A DNA stretch of 64,000 nt from Auanema rhodensis (lineage: Eukaryota; Animalia; Nematoda), in the NCBI GenBank assembly GCA_964057225.1, contig OZ059898.1:18290001-18354000 (forward strand), given 5' to 3'. The notes beneath the pieces are model-generated. The model was not told the DNA's origin. It searched no databases and worked only from the letters and a program-made list of their open reading frames with translations. Below, piece after piece: positions 1 through 13,930 of the stretch. Position 1 is the first letter of the stretch. Each line of letters begins with the position of its first letter. A program made the position numbers and the translations under genes.

Positions 1-351
1 AAATTTTTGTCAAAATGTTTTTGGAAGCAATGTTGAGTGTACATGGAAACTCAACATACACTAATGCATCATTTTTCAAACGATCATAACTAATTTTTGT
101 ATAAAGCGTTTCTCAATGTAGTATAGTGCATTCAATGCGGATTTTTAAGCTGCGTCGATCTGTATTATCAGATTTGCGCTAGCTTAAAAATGCACCGAGA
201 TATCAACTGATATAAGTTCACACTTATATCCTCGATTTTCACCCTGAAGAATTAATTTTTTCGTTGAAAAACATTGTCCATCGTGTTTGCCTTGGAAAAA
301 GGAATCTAAAAACATCTACTTTTTGCTAAATTATTTTGAAATTTTTCGAAA
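1..351 (+). repeat. Representative monomer with internal inverted repeats
   Basis: ATGTTGAGT(30-38)/ACTCAACAT(49-57); ATTTTTAAGCT(141-151)/AGCTTAAAAAT(181-191) enclosing ATCTG..CAGAT; GATATAAGT(209-217)/ACTTATATC(222-230); and the palindrome TTTTTCGAAAAA at the monomer boundary. Confidence 0.9.
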
Positions 352-2460
352 AAATTTTTGTCAAAATGTTTTTGGAAGCAATGTTGAGTGTACATGGAAA
401 CTCAACATACACTAATGCATCATTTTTCAAACGATCATAACTAATTTTTGTATTAAGCGTTTCTCAATGTAGTATAGTGCATTCGATGCGGATTTTTTAG
501 CTGCGTCGATCTGTGTTATCAGATTTGCGCTAGCTTAAAAATGCACCGAGATATCAACTGAAATAAGTTCACACTTATATATCCTCGATTTTCACCCTGA
601 AGAATTAATTTTTTTGTTGAAAAACATTGTCCATCGTGTTTGCCTTGAAAAAAGGAATCTAAAAACATCTACTTTTTGCTAAATTATTTTGAAATTTTTT
701 GAAAAAATTTTTGTCAAAATGTTTTTGGAAGCAATGTTGAGTGTACATGGAAACTCAACATACACTAATGCATCATTTTTCAAACGATCATAACTAATTT
801 TTGTATTAAGCGTTTCTCAAAGTAGTATAGTGCATTCGATGCGGATTTTTAAGCTGCGTCGATCTGTGTTATCAGATTTGCGCTAGCTTAAAAATGCACC
901 GAGATATCAACTGATATAAGTTCACACTTATATCCTCGATTTTCACCCTGAAGAATTAATTTTTTCGTTGAATAACAATGTCCATCGTCTTTGCCTTGAA
1001 AAACTAAATCTGAAAACATCTACTTTTTGCTAAATTATTTTGAAATTTTTCGAAAAAATTTTTGTCAAAATGTTTTTGGAAGCAATGTTGAGTGTACATG
1101 GAAACTCAACATACACTAATGCATCATTTTTCAAACGATCATAACTAATTTTTGTATTAAGCGTTTCTCAATGTAGTATAGTGCATTCGATGCGGATTTT
1201 TTAGCTGCGTCGATCTGTGTTATCAGATTTGCGCTAGCTTAAAAATGCACCGAGATATCAACTGAAATAAGTTCACACTTATATATCCTCGATTTTCACC
1301 CTGAAGAATTAATTTTTTTGTTGAAAAACATTGTCCATCGTGTTTGCCTTGAAAAAAGGAATCTAAAAACATCTACTTTTTGCTAAATTATTTTGAAATT
1401 TTTTGAAAAAATTTTTGTCAAAATGTTTTTGGAAGCAATGTTGAGTGTACATGGAAACTCAACATACACTAATGCATCATTTTTCAAACGATCATAACTA
1501 ATTTTTGTATTAAGCGTTTCTCAATGTAGTATAGTGCATTCGATGCGGATTTTTAAGCTGCGTCGATCTGTGTTATCAGATTTGCGCTAGCTTAAAAATG
1601 CACCGAGATATCAACTGATATAAGTTCACACTTATATCCTCGATTTTCACCCTGAAGAATTAATTTTTTCGTTGAATAACAATGTCCATCGTCTTTGCCT
1701 TGAAAAACTAAATCTGAAAACATCTACTTTTTGCTAAATTATTTTGAAATTTTTCGAAAAAATTTTTGTCAAAATGTTTTTGGAAGCAATGTTGAGTGTA
1801 CATGGAAACTCAACATACACTAATGCATCATTTTTCAAACGATCATAACTAATTTTTGTATTAAGCGTTTCTCAATGTAGTATAGTGCATTCGATGCGGA
1901 TTTTTTAGCTGCGTCGATCTGTGTTATCAGATTTGCGCTAGCTTAAAAATGCACCGAGATATCAACTGAAATAAGTTCACACTTATATATCCTCGATTTT
2001 CACCCTGAAGAATTAATTTTTTTGTTGAAAAACATTGTCCATCGTGTTTGCCTTGAAAAAAGGAATCTAAAAACATCTACTTTTTGCTAAATTATTTTGA
2101 AATTTTTTGAAAAAATTTTTGTCAAAATGTTTTTGGAAGCAATGTTGAGTGTACATGGAAACTCAACATACACTAATGCATCATTTTTCAAACGATCATA
2201 ACTAATTTTTGTATTAAGCGTTTCTCAATGTAGTATAGTGCATTCGATGCGGATTTTTAAGCTGCGTCGATCTGTGTTATCAGATTTGCGCTAGCTTAAA
2301 AATGCACCGAGATATCAACTAATATAAGTTCACACTTATATCCTCGATTTTCACCCTGAAGAATTAATTTTTTCGTTGAATAACAATGTCCATCGTCTTT
2401 GCCTTGAAAAACTAAATCTGAAAACATCTACTTTTTGCTAAATTATTTTGAAATTTTTTG
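352..2460 (+). repeat. Local dimeric higher-order repeat, 704 bp (351+353), ~3 copies
   Basis: The TA insertion (CTTATATATCC) with CTGAAATAAG and TTTTTTAGC recurs at ~577, 1281 and 1985. It alternates with the AAACTAAATCTG monomer. Confidence 0.85.
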
Positions 2461-5269
2461 AAAAAATTTTTGTCAAAATGTTTTTGGAAGCAATGTTGAG
2501 TGTACATGGAAACTCAACATACACTAATGCATCATTTTTCAAACGATCATAACTAATTTTTGTATTAAGCGTTTCTCAATGTAGTATAGTGCATTTGATG
2601 CGGATTTTTAAGCTGCGTCGATCTGTGTTATCAGATTTGCGCTAGCTTAAAAATGCACCGAGATATCAACTGATATAAGTTTACACTTATATCCTCGATT
2701 TTCACCCTGAAGAATTAATTTTTTCGTTGAATAACATTGTCCATCGTCTTTGCCTTGAAAAAAGGAATCTAAAAACATCTACTTTTTGCTAAATTATTTT
2801 GAAATTTTTCGAAAAAATTTTTGTCAAAATGTTTTTGGAAGCAATGTTGAGTGTACATGGAAACTCAACATACACTAATGCATTATTTTTCAAACAATCA
2901 TAACTAATTTTTGTATTAAGCGTTTTTCAATGTAGTATAGTGCATTTGATGCGGATTTTTAAGCTGCGTCGATCTGTGTTATCAAATTTGCGCTAGCTTA
3001 AAAATGCACCGAGATATCAACTAATATAAGTTCACACTTATATCCTCGATTTTCACCCTGAAGAATTAATTTTTTCGTTGAATAACAATGTCCATCGTCT
3101 TTGCCTTGAAAAACTAAATCTGAAAACATCTACTTTTTGCTAAATTATTTTCAAAATTTTCGAAAAAATTTTTGTCAAAATGTTTTTGGAAGCAATGTTG
3201 AGTGTACATTGAAACTCAACATACACTAATGCATCATTTTTCAAACGATCATAACTAATTTTTGTATTAAGCGTTTCTCAATGTAGTATAGTGCATTCGA
3301 TGCGGATTTTTTAGCTGCGTCGATCTGTGTTATCAGATTTGCGCTAGCTTAAAAATGCACCGAGATATCAACTGAAATAAGTTCACACTTATATATCCTC
3401 GATTTTCACCCTGAAGAATTAATTTTTTCGTTGAATAACATTGTCCATCGTCTTTGCCTTGAAAAAAGGAATCTAAAAACATCTACTTTTTGCTGAATTA
3501 TTCCGAAATTTTTCGAAAAAATTTTTGTCAAAATGTTTTTGGAAGCAATGTTGAGTGTACATGGAAACTCAACATACACTAATGCATTATTTTTCAAACG
3601 ATCATAACTAATTTTTGTATTAAGCGTTTTTCAATGTAGTATAGTGCATTCGATGCGGATTTTTAAGCTGCGTCGATCTGTGTTATCAGACTTGCGCTAG
3701 CTTAAAAATGCACCGAGATATCAACTGATATAAGTTCACACTTATATCCTCGATTTTCACCCTGAAGAATTAATTTTTTCGTTGAATAACATTGTCCATC
3801 GTCTTTGCCTTGAAATAAGGAATCTAAAAACATTTACTTTTTGCTAAATTATTCTGAAATTTTTCGAAAAAATTTTTGTCAAAATGTTTTTGGAAGCAAT
3901 GTTGAGTGTACATGGAAACTCAACATACACTAATGCATTATTTTTCAAACGATCATAACTAATTTTTGTATTACGCGTTTCTCAATGTAGTATATTGCAT
4001 TCGATGCGGATTTTTAAGCTGCGTCGATCTGTGTTATCAGATTTGCGCTAGCTTAAAAATGCACCGAGATATCAACTGATATAAGTTCACACTTATATCC
4101 TCGATTTTCACCCTGAAGAATTAATTTTTTTCGTTGAATAACATTGTCCATCGTCTTTGCCTTGAAAAAAGGAATCTAAAAACATCTACTTTTTGCTAAA
4201 TTATTCTGAAATTTTTCGAAAAAATTTTTGTCAAAATGTTTTTGGAAGCAATGTTGAGTGTACATGGAAACTCAACATACACTACTGCATCATTTTTCAA
4301 ACGATCATAACTAATTTTTGTATTAAGCGTTTCTCAATGTAGTATAGTGCATTCGATGCGGATTTTTAAGCTGCGTCGATCTGTGTTATCAGATTTGCGC
4401 TAGCTTAAAAATGCACCGAGATATCAACTGATATAAGTTCACACTTATATCCTCGATTTTCACCCTGAAGAATTAATTTTTTCGTTGAATAACATTGTCC
4501 ATCGTCTTTGCCTTGAAAAAAGGAATCTAAAAACATCTACTTTTTGCTAAATTATTTTCAAATTTTTCGAAAAAATTTTTGTCAAAATGTTTTTGGAAGC
4601 AATGTTGAGTGTACATGGAAACTCAACATACACTAATGCATTATTTTTCAAACGATCATAACTAATTTTTGTATTAAGCGTTTCTCAATGTAGTATAGTG
4701 CATTGGATGCGGATTTTTAAGCTGCGTCGATCTGTGTTATCAGATTTGCGCTAGCTTAAAAATGCACCGAGATATCAACTGATATAAGTTCACACTTATT
4801 TCCTCGATTTTCACCCTGAAGAATTAATTTTTTCGTTGAATAACATTGTCCATCGTCTTTGCCTTGAAAAAAGGAATCTAAAAACATCTACTTTTTGCTG
4901 AATTATCTCGAAATTTTTCGAAAAAATTTTTGTCAAAATGTTTTTGGAAGCAATGTTGAGTGTACATGGAAACTCAACATACACTAATGCATTATTTTTC
5001 AAACGATCATAACTAATTTTTGTATTAAGCGTTTCTCAATGTAGTATAGTGCATTGGATGCGGATTTTTAAGCTGCGTCGATCTGTGTTATCAGATTTGC
5101 GCTAGCTTAAAAATGCACCGAGATATCAACTGATATAAGTTCACACTTATTTCCTCGATTTTCACCCTGAAGAATTAATTTTTTCGTTGAATAACATTGT
5201 CCATCGTCTTTGCCTTGAAAAAAGGAATCTAAAAACATCTACTTTTTGCTAAATTATTCTGAAATTTTT

Positions 5270-8200
5270 CGAAAAAATTTTTGTCAAAATGTTTTTGGAA
5301 GCAATGTTGAGTGTACATGGAAACTCAACATACACTAATGCATTATTTTTCAAACGATCATAACTAATTTTTGTATTACGCGTTTCTCAATGTAGTATAT
5401 TGCATTCGATGCGGATTTTTAAGCTGCGTCGATCTGTGTTATCAGATTTGCGCTAGCTTAAAAATGCACCGAGATATCAACTGATATAAGTTCACACTTA
5501 TATCCTCGATTTTCACCCTGAAGAATTAATTTTTTTCGTTGAATAACATTGTCCATCGTCTTTGCCTTGAAAAAAGGAATCTAAAAACATCTACTTTTTG
5601 CTAAATTATTCTGAAATTTTTCGAAAAAATTTTTGTCAAAATGTTTTTGGAAGCAATGTTGAGTGTACATGGAAACTCAACATACACTAATGCACCATTT
5701 TTCAAACGATCATAACTAATTTTTGTATTAAGCGTTTCTCAATGTAGTATAGTGCATTCGATGCGGATTTTTAAGCTGCGTCGATCTGTGTTATCAGATT
5801 TGCGCTAGCTTAAAAATGCACCGAGATATCAACTGATATAAGTTCACACTTATATCCTCGATTTTCACCCTGAAGAATTAATTTTTTCGTTGAATAACAA
5901 TGTCCATCGTCTTTGCCTTGAAAAACTAAATCTGAAAACATCTACTTTTTGCTAAATTATTTTCAAATTTTTCGAAAAAATTTTTGTCAAAATGTTTTTG
6001 GAAGCAATGTTGAGTGTACATGGAAACTCAACATACACTAATGCATCATTTTTCAAACGATCATAACTAATTTTTGTATAAAGCGTTTCTCAATGTAGTA
6101 TAGTGCATTCGATGCGGATTTTTAAGCTGCGTCGATCTGTGTTATCAGATTTGCGCTAGCTTAAAAATGCACCGAGATATCAACTGATATAAGTTCACAC
6201 TTATTTCCTCGATTTTCACCCTGAAGAATTAATTTTTTCGTTGAATAACATTGTCCATCGTCTTTGCCTTGAAAAAAGGAATCTAAAAACATCTTCTTTT
6301 TGCTAAATTATTTTGAAATTTTTTGAAAAAATTTTTGTCAAAATGTTTTTGGAAGCAATGTTGAGTGTACATGGAAACTCAACATACACTAATGCATCAT
6401 TTTTCAAACGATCATAACTAATTTTTGTATAAAGCGTTTCTCAATGTAGTATAGTGCATTTGATGCGGATTTTTAAGCTGCGTCGATCTGTGTTATCAAA
6501 TTTGCGCTAGCTTAAAAATGCACCGAGATATCAACTAATATAAGTTCACACTTATATCCTCGATTTTCACCCTGAAGAATTAATTTTTTCGTTGAATAAC
6601 AATGTCCATCGTCTTTGCCTTGAAAAACTAAATCTGAAAACATCTACTTTTTGCTAAATTATTTTCAAATTTTTCGAAAAAATTTTTGTCAAAATGTTTT
6701 TGGAAGCAATGTTGAGTGTACATGGAAACTCAACATACACTAATGCATCATTTTTCAAACGATCATAACTAATTTTTGTATAAAGCGTTTCTCAATGTAG
6801 TATAGTGCATTCGATGCGGATTTTTAAGCTGCGTCGATCTGTGTTATCAGATTTGCGCTAGCTTAAAAATGCACCGAGATATCAACTGATATAAGTTCAC
6901 ACTTATTTCCTCGATTTTCACCCTGAAGAATTAATTTTTTCGTTGAATAACATTGTCCATCGTCTTTGCCTTGGAAAAAGGAATCTAAAAACATCTTCTT
7001 TTTGCTAAATTATTTTGAAATTTTTTGAAAAAATTTTTGTCAAAATGTTTTTGGAAGCAATGTTGAGTGTACATGGAAACTCAACATACACTAATGCATC
7101 ATTTTTCAAACGATCATAACTAATTTTTGTATAACGCGTTTCTCAATGTAGTATAGTGCATTCGATGCGGATTTTTAAGCTGCGTCGATCTGTATTATCA
7201 GATTTGCGCTAGCTTAAAAATGCACCGAGATATCAACTGATATAAGTTCACACTTATATCCTCGATTTTCACCCTGAAGAATTAATTTTTTCGTTGAATA
7301 ACATTGTCCATCGTCTTCACCTTGAAAAAAGGAATCTAAAAACATCTACTTTTTGCTAAATTATTTTGAAATTTTTCGAAAAAATTTTTGTCAAAATGTT
7401 TTTGGAAGCAATGTTGAGTGTACATGGAAACTCAACATACACTAATGCATTATTTTTCAAACGATCATAACTAATTTTTGTATTACGCGTTTCTCAATGT
7501 AGTATATTGCATTCGATGCGGATTTTTAAGCTGCGTCGATCTGTGTTATCAGATTTGCGCTAGCTTAAAAATGCACCGAGATATCAACTGATATAAGTTC
7601 ACACTTATATCCTCGATTTTCACCCTGAAGAATTAATTTTTTTCGTTGAATAACATTGTCCATCGTCTTTGCCTTGAAAAAAGGAATCTAAAAACATCTA
7701 CTTTTTGCTAAATTATTCTGAAATTTTTCGAAAAAATTTTTGTCAAAATGTTTTTGGAAGCAATGTTGAGTGTACATGGAAACTCAACATACACTAATGC
7801 ACCATTTTTCAAACGATCATAACTAATTTTTGTATTAAGCGTTTCTCAATGTAGTATAGTGCATTCGATGCGGATTTTTAAGCTGCGTCGATCTGTGTTA
7901 TCAGATTTGCGCTAGCTTAAAAATGCACCGAGATATCAACTGATATAAGTTCACACTTATATCCTCGATTTTCACCCTGAAGAATTAATTTTTTCGTTGA
8001 ATAACAATGTCCATCGTCTTTGCCTTGAAAAACTAAATCTGAAAACATCTACTTTTTGCTAAATTATTTTCAAATTTTTCGAAAAAATTTTTGTCAAAAT
8101 GTTTTTGGAAGCAATGTTGAGTGTACATGGAAACTCAACATACACTAATGCATCATTTTTCAAACGATCATAACTAATTTTTGTATAAAGCGTTTCTCAA

Positions 8201-9900
8201 TGTAGTATAGTGCATTCGATGCGGATTTTTAAGCTGCGTCGATCTGTGTTATCAGATTTGCGCTAGCTTAAAAATGCACCGAGATATCAACTGATATAAG
8301 TTCACACTTATTTCCTCGATTTTCACCCTGAAGAATTAATTTTTTCGTTGAATAACATTGTCCATCGTCTTTGCCTTGAAAAAAGGAATCTAAAAACATC
8401 TTCTTTTTGCTAAATTATTTTGAAATTTTTTGAAAAAATTTTTGTCAAAATGTTTTTGGAAGCAATGTTGAGTGTACATGGAAACTCAACATACACTAAT
8501 GCATCATTTTTCAAACGATCATAACTAATTTTTGTATAAAGCGTTTCTCAATGTAGTATAGTGCATTTGATGCGGATTTTTAAGCTGCGTCGATCTGTGT
8601 TATCAAATTTGCGCTAGCTTAAAAATGCACCGAGATATCAACTAATATAAGTTCACACTTATATCCTCGATTTTCACCCTGAAGAATTAATTTTTTCGTT
8701 GAATAACAATGTCCATCGTCTTTGCCTTGAAAAACTAAATCTGAAAACATCTACTTTTTGCTAAATTATTTTCAAATTTTTCGAAAAAATTTTTGTCAAA
8801 ATGTTTTTGGAAGCAATGTTGAGTGTACATGGAAACTCAACATACACTAATGCATCATTTTTCAAACGATCATAACTAATTTTTGTATAAAGCGTTTCTC
8901 AATGTAGTATAGTGCATTCGATGCGGATTTTTAAGCTGCGTCGATCTGTGTTATCAGATTTGCGCTAGCTTAAAAATGCACCGAGATATCAACTGATATA
9001 AGTTCACACTTATTTCCTCGATTTTCACCCTGAAGAATTAATTTTTTCGTTGAATAACATTGTCCATCGTCTTTGCCTTGGAAAAAGGAATCTAAAAACA
9101 TCTTCTTTTTGCTAAATTATTTTGAAATTTTTTGAAAAAATTTTTGTCAAAATGTTTTTGGAAGCAATGTTGAGTGTACATGGAAACTCAACATACACTA
9201 ATGCATCATTTTTCAAACGATCATAACTAATTTTTGTATAACGCGTTTCTCAATGTAGTATAGTGCATTCGATGCGGATTTTTAAGCTGCGTCGATCTGT
9301 ATTATCAGATTTGCGCTAGCTTAAAAATGCACCGAGATATCAACTGATATAAGTTCACACTTATATCCTCGATTTTCACCCTGAAGAATTAATTTTTTCG
9401 TTGAATAACATTGTCCATCGTCTTCACCTTGAAAAAAGGAATCTAAAAACATCTACTTTTTGCTAAATTATTTTGAAATTTTTCGAAAAAATTTTTGTCA
9501 AAATGTTTTTGGAAGCAATGTTGAGTGTACATGGAAACTCAACATACACTAATGCATTATTTTTCAAACGATCATAACTAATTTTTGTATTACGCGTTTC
9601 TCAATGTAGTATATTGCATTCGATGCGGATTTTTAAGCTGCGTCGATCTGTGTTATCAGATTTGCGCTAGCTTAAAAATGCACCGAGATATCAACTGATA
9701 TAAGTTCACACTTATATCCTCGATTTTCACCCTGAAGAATTAATTTTTTTCGTTGAATAACATTGTCCATCGTCTTTGCCTTGAAAAAAGGAATCTAAAA
9801 ACATCTACTTTTTGCTAAATTATTCTGAAATTTTTCGAAAAAATTTTTGTCAAAATGTTTTTGGAAGCAATGTTGAGTGTACATGGAAACTCAACATACA
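5270..9900 (+). repeat. 6-mer higher-order repeat, 2107 bp, ~2.2 copies
   Basis: Rare alleles TGCACC (5691/7798) and TCTTCAC (7314/9421) recur at a 2107-bp offset. Confidence 0.85.
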
Positions 9901-12900
9901 CTAATGCATCATTTTTCAAACGATCATAACTAATTTTTGTATTAAGCGTTTCTCAATGTAGTATAGTGCATTCGATGCGGATTTTTAAGCTGCGTCGATC
10001 TGTGTTATCAAATTTGCGCTAGCTTAAAAATGCACCGAGATATCAACTAATATAAGTTCACACTTATATCCTCGATTTTCACCCTGAAGAATTAATTTTT
10101 TCGTTGAATAACATTGTCCATCGTCTTTACCTTGAAAAAAGGAATCTAAAAACATCTACTTTTTGCTAAATTATTTTGAAATTTTTCGAAAAAATTTTTG
10201 TCAAAATGTTTTTGGAAGCAATGTTGAGTGTACATGGAAACTCAACATACACTAATGCATTATTTTTCAAACGATCATAACTAATTTTTGTATTACGCGT
10301 TTCTCAATGTAGTATATTGCATTCGATGCGGATTTTTAAGCTGCGTCGATCTGTGTTATCAGATTTGCGCTAGCTTAAAAATGCACCGAGATATCAACTG
10401 ATATAAGTTCACACTTATATCCTCGATTTTCACCCTGAAGAATTAATTTTTTTCGTTGAATAACATTGTCCATCGTCTTTGCCTTGAAAAAAGGAATCTA
10501 AAAACATCTACTTTTTGCTAAATTATTCTGAAATTTTTCGAAAAAATTTTTGTCAAAATGTTTTTGGAAGCAATGTTGAGTGTACATGGAAACTCAACAT
10601 ACACTAATGCATCATTTTTCAAACGATCATAACTAATTTTTGTATTAAGCGTTTCTCAATGTAGTATAGTGCATTCGATGCGGATTTTTAAGCTGCGTCG
10701 ATCTGTGTTATCAAATTTGCGCTAGCTTAAAAATGCACCGAGATATCAACTAATATAAGTTCACACTTATATCCTCGATTTTCACCCTGAAGAATTAATT
10801 TTTTCGTTGAATAACATCGTCCATCGTCTTTGCCTTGAAAAAAGGAATCTAAAAACATCTACTTTTTGCTGAATTATTTTGAAATTTTTCGAAAAAATTT
10901 TTGTCAAAATGTTTTTGGAAGCAATGTTGAGTGTACATGGAAACTCAACATACACTAATGCATTATTTTTCAAACGATCATAACTAATTTTTGTATTAAG
11001 CGTTTCTCAATGTAGTATAGTGCATTCGATGCGGATTTTTAAGCTGCGTCGATCTGTGTTATCAGATTTGCGCTAGCTTAAAAATGCACCGAGATATCAA
11101 CTGATATAAGTTCACACTTATATCCTGGATTTTCACCCTGAAGAATTAATTTTTTCGTTGAATAACAATGTCCATCGTCTTTGCCTTGAAAAACTAAATC
11201 TGAAAACATCTACTTTTTGCTAAATTATTTTGAAATTTTTCGAAAAAATTTTTGTCAAAATGTTTTTGGAAGCAATGTTGAGTGTACATGGAAACTCAAC
11301 ATACACTAATGCATCATTTTTCAAACGATCATAACTAATTTTTGTATTAAGCGTTTCTCAATGTAGTATAGTGCATTCGATGCGGATTTTTAAGCTGCGT
11401 CGATCTGTGTTATCAGATTTGCGCTAGCTTAAAAATGCACCGAGATATCAACTGATATAAGTTCACACTTATATCCTCGATTTTCACCCTGAAGATTTAA
11501 TTTTTTCGTTGAATAACATTGTCCATCGTCTTTGCCTTGAAAAAAGGAATCTAAAAACATCTACTTTTTGCTAAATTATTTTGAAATTTTTCGAAAAAAT
11601 TTTTGTCAAAATGTTTTTGGAAGCAATGTTGAGTGTACATGGAAACTCAACATACACTAATGCATCATTTTTCAAACGATCATAACTAATTTTTGTATTA
11701 AGCGTTTCTCAATGTAGTATAGTGCATTCGATGCGGATTTTTAAGCTGCGTCGATCTGTGTTATCAGATTTGCGCTAGCTTAAAAATGCACCGAGATATC
11801 AACTGATATAAGTTCACACTTATATCCTCGATTTTCACCCTGAAGAATTAATTTTTTTCGTTGAATAACATTGTCCATCGTCTTTGCCTTGAAAAAAGGA
11901 ATCTAAAAACATCTACTTTTTGCTAAATTATTCTGAAATTTTTCGAAAAAATTTTTGTCAAAATGTTTTTGGAAGCAATGTTGAGTGTACATGGAAACTC
12001 AACATACACTAATGCATCATTTTTCAAACGATCATAACTAATTTTTGTATTAAGCGTTTCTCAATGTAGTATAGTGCATTCGATGCGGATTTTTAAGCTG
12101 CGTCGATCTGTGTTATCAAATTTGCGCTAGCTTAAAAATGCACCGAGATATCAACTAATATAAGTTCACACTTATATCCTCGATTTTCACCCTGAAGAAT
12201 TAATTTTTTCGTTGAATAACATTGTCCATCGTCTTTACCTTGAAAAAAGGAATCTAAAAACATCTACTTTTTGCTAAATTATTTTGAAATTTTTCGAAAA
12301 AATTTTTGTCAAAATGTTTTTGGAAGCAATGTTGAGTGTACATGGAAACTCAACATACACTAATGCATTATTTTTCAAACGATCATAACTAATTTTTGTA
12401 TTACGCGTTTCTCAATGTAGTATATTGCATTCGATGCGGATTTTTAAGCTGCGTCGATCTGTGTTATCAGATTTGCGCTAGCTTAAAAATGCACCGAGAT
12501 ATCAACTGATATAAGTTCACACTTATATCCTCGATTTTCACCCTGAAGAATTAATTTTTTTCGTTGAATAACATTGTCCATCGTCTTTGCCTTGAAAAAA
12601 GGAATCTAAAAACATCTACTTTTTGCTAAATTATTCTGAAATTTTTCGAAAAAATTTTTGTCAAAATGTTTTTGGAAGCAATGTTGAGTGTACATGGAAA
12701 CTCAACATACACTAATGCATCATTTTTCAAACGATCATAACTAATTTTTGTATTAAGCGTTTCTCAATGTAGTATAGTGCATTCGATGCGGATTTTTAAG
12801 CTGCGTCGATCTGTGTTATCAAATTTGCGCTAGCTTAAAAATGCACCGAGATATCAACTAATATAAGTTCACACTTATATCCTCGATTTTCACCCTGAAG

Positions 12901-13930
12901 AATTAATTTTTTCGTTGAATAACATCGTCCATCGTCTTTGCCTTGAAAAAAGGAATCTAAAAACATCTACTTTTTGCTGAATTATTTTGAAATTTTTCGA
13001 AAAAATTTTTGTCAAAATGTTTTTGGAAGCAATGTTGAGTGTACATGGAAACTCAACATACACTAATGCATTATTTTTCAAACGATCATAACTAATTTTT
13101 GTATTAAGCGTTTCTCAATGTAGTATAGTGCATTCGATGCGGATTTTTAAGCTGCGTCGATCTGTGTTATCAGATTTGCGCTAGCTTAAAAATGCACCGA
13201 GATATCAACTGATATAAGTTCACACTTATATCCTGGATTTTCACCCTGAAGAATTAATTTTTTCGTTGAATAACAATGTCCATCGTCTTTGCCTTGAAAA
13301 ACTAAATCTGAAAACATCTACTTTTTGCTAAATTATTTTGAAATTTTTCGAAAAAATTTTTGTCAAAATGTTTTTGGAAGCAATGTTGAGTGTACATGGA
13401 AACTCAACATACACTAATGCATCATTTTTCAAACGATCATAACTAATTTTTGTATTAAGCGTTTCTCAATGTAGTATAGTGCATTCGATGCGGATTTTTA
13501 AGCTGCGTCGATCTGTGTTATCAGATTTGCGCTAGCTTAAAAATGCACCGAGATATCAACTGATATAAGTTCACACTTATATCCTCGATTTTCACCCTGA
13601 AGATTTAATTTTTTCGTTGAATAACATTGTCCATCGTCTTTGCCTTGAAAAAAGGAATCTAAAAACATCTACTTTTTGCTAAATTATTTTGAAATTTTTC
13701 GAAAAAATTTTTGTCAAAATGTTTTTGGAAGCAATGTTGAGTGTACATGGAAACTCAACATACACTAATGCATCATTTTTCAAACGATCATAACTAATTT
13801 TTGTATTAAGCGTTTCTCAATGTAGTATAGTGCATTCGATGCGGATTTTTAAGCTGCGTCGATCTGTGTTATCAGATTTGCGCTAGCTTAAAAATGCACC
13901 GAGATATCAACTGATATAAGTTCACACTTA
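9620..13930 (+). repeat. 6-mer higher-order repeat, 2108 bp, ~2 copies
   Basis: TTTACC (~10129/12237), CCTGGA (~11124/13232) and the ORF-opening allele (10782/12890) recur at 2108 bp. Confidence 0.82.

Noticed and set aside
141-230. Rho-independent terminators or operators suggested by hairpins
   Set aside because: The stems are AT-rich, lie in a gene-free satellite and have no transcription-unit context.
1-351. Tandem RNA gene cluster (5S rRNA, tRNA, snRNA, SL RNA)
   Set aside because: I recognise no 5S, tRNA or snRNA sequence or Pol III A/B/C boxes. An Infernal/Rfam scan would be the definitive test.
1-351. Assignment to a named ~350-360-bp satellite (e.g. Drosophila 1.688/359-bp or Tribolium satellites)
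   Set aside because: The similarity is only in length and AT-richness; I cannot confirm sequence identity without a database search.
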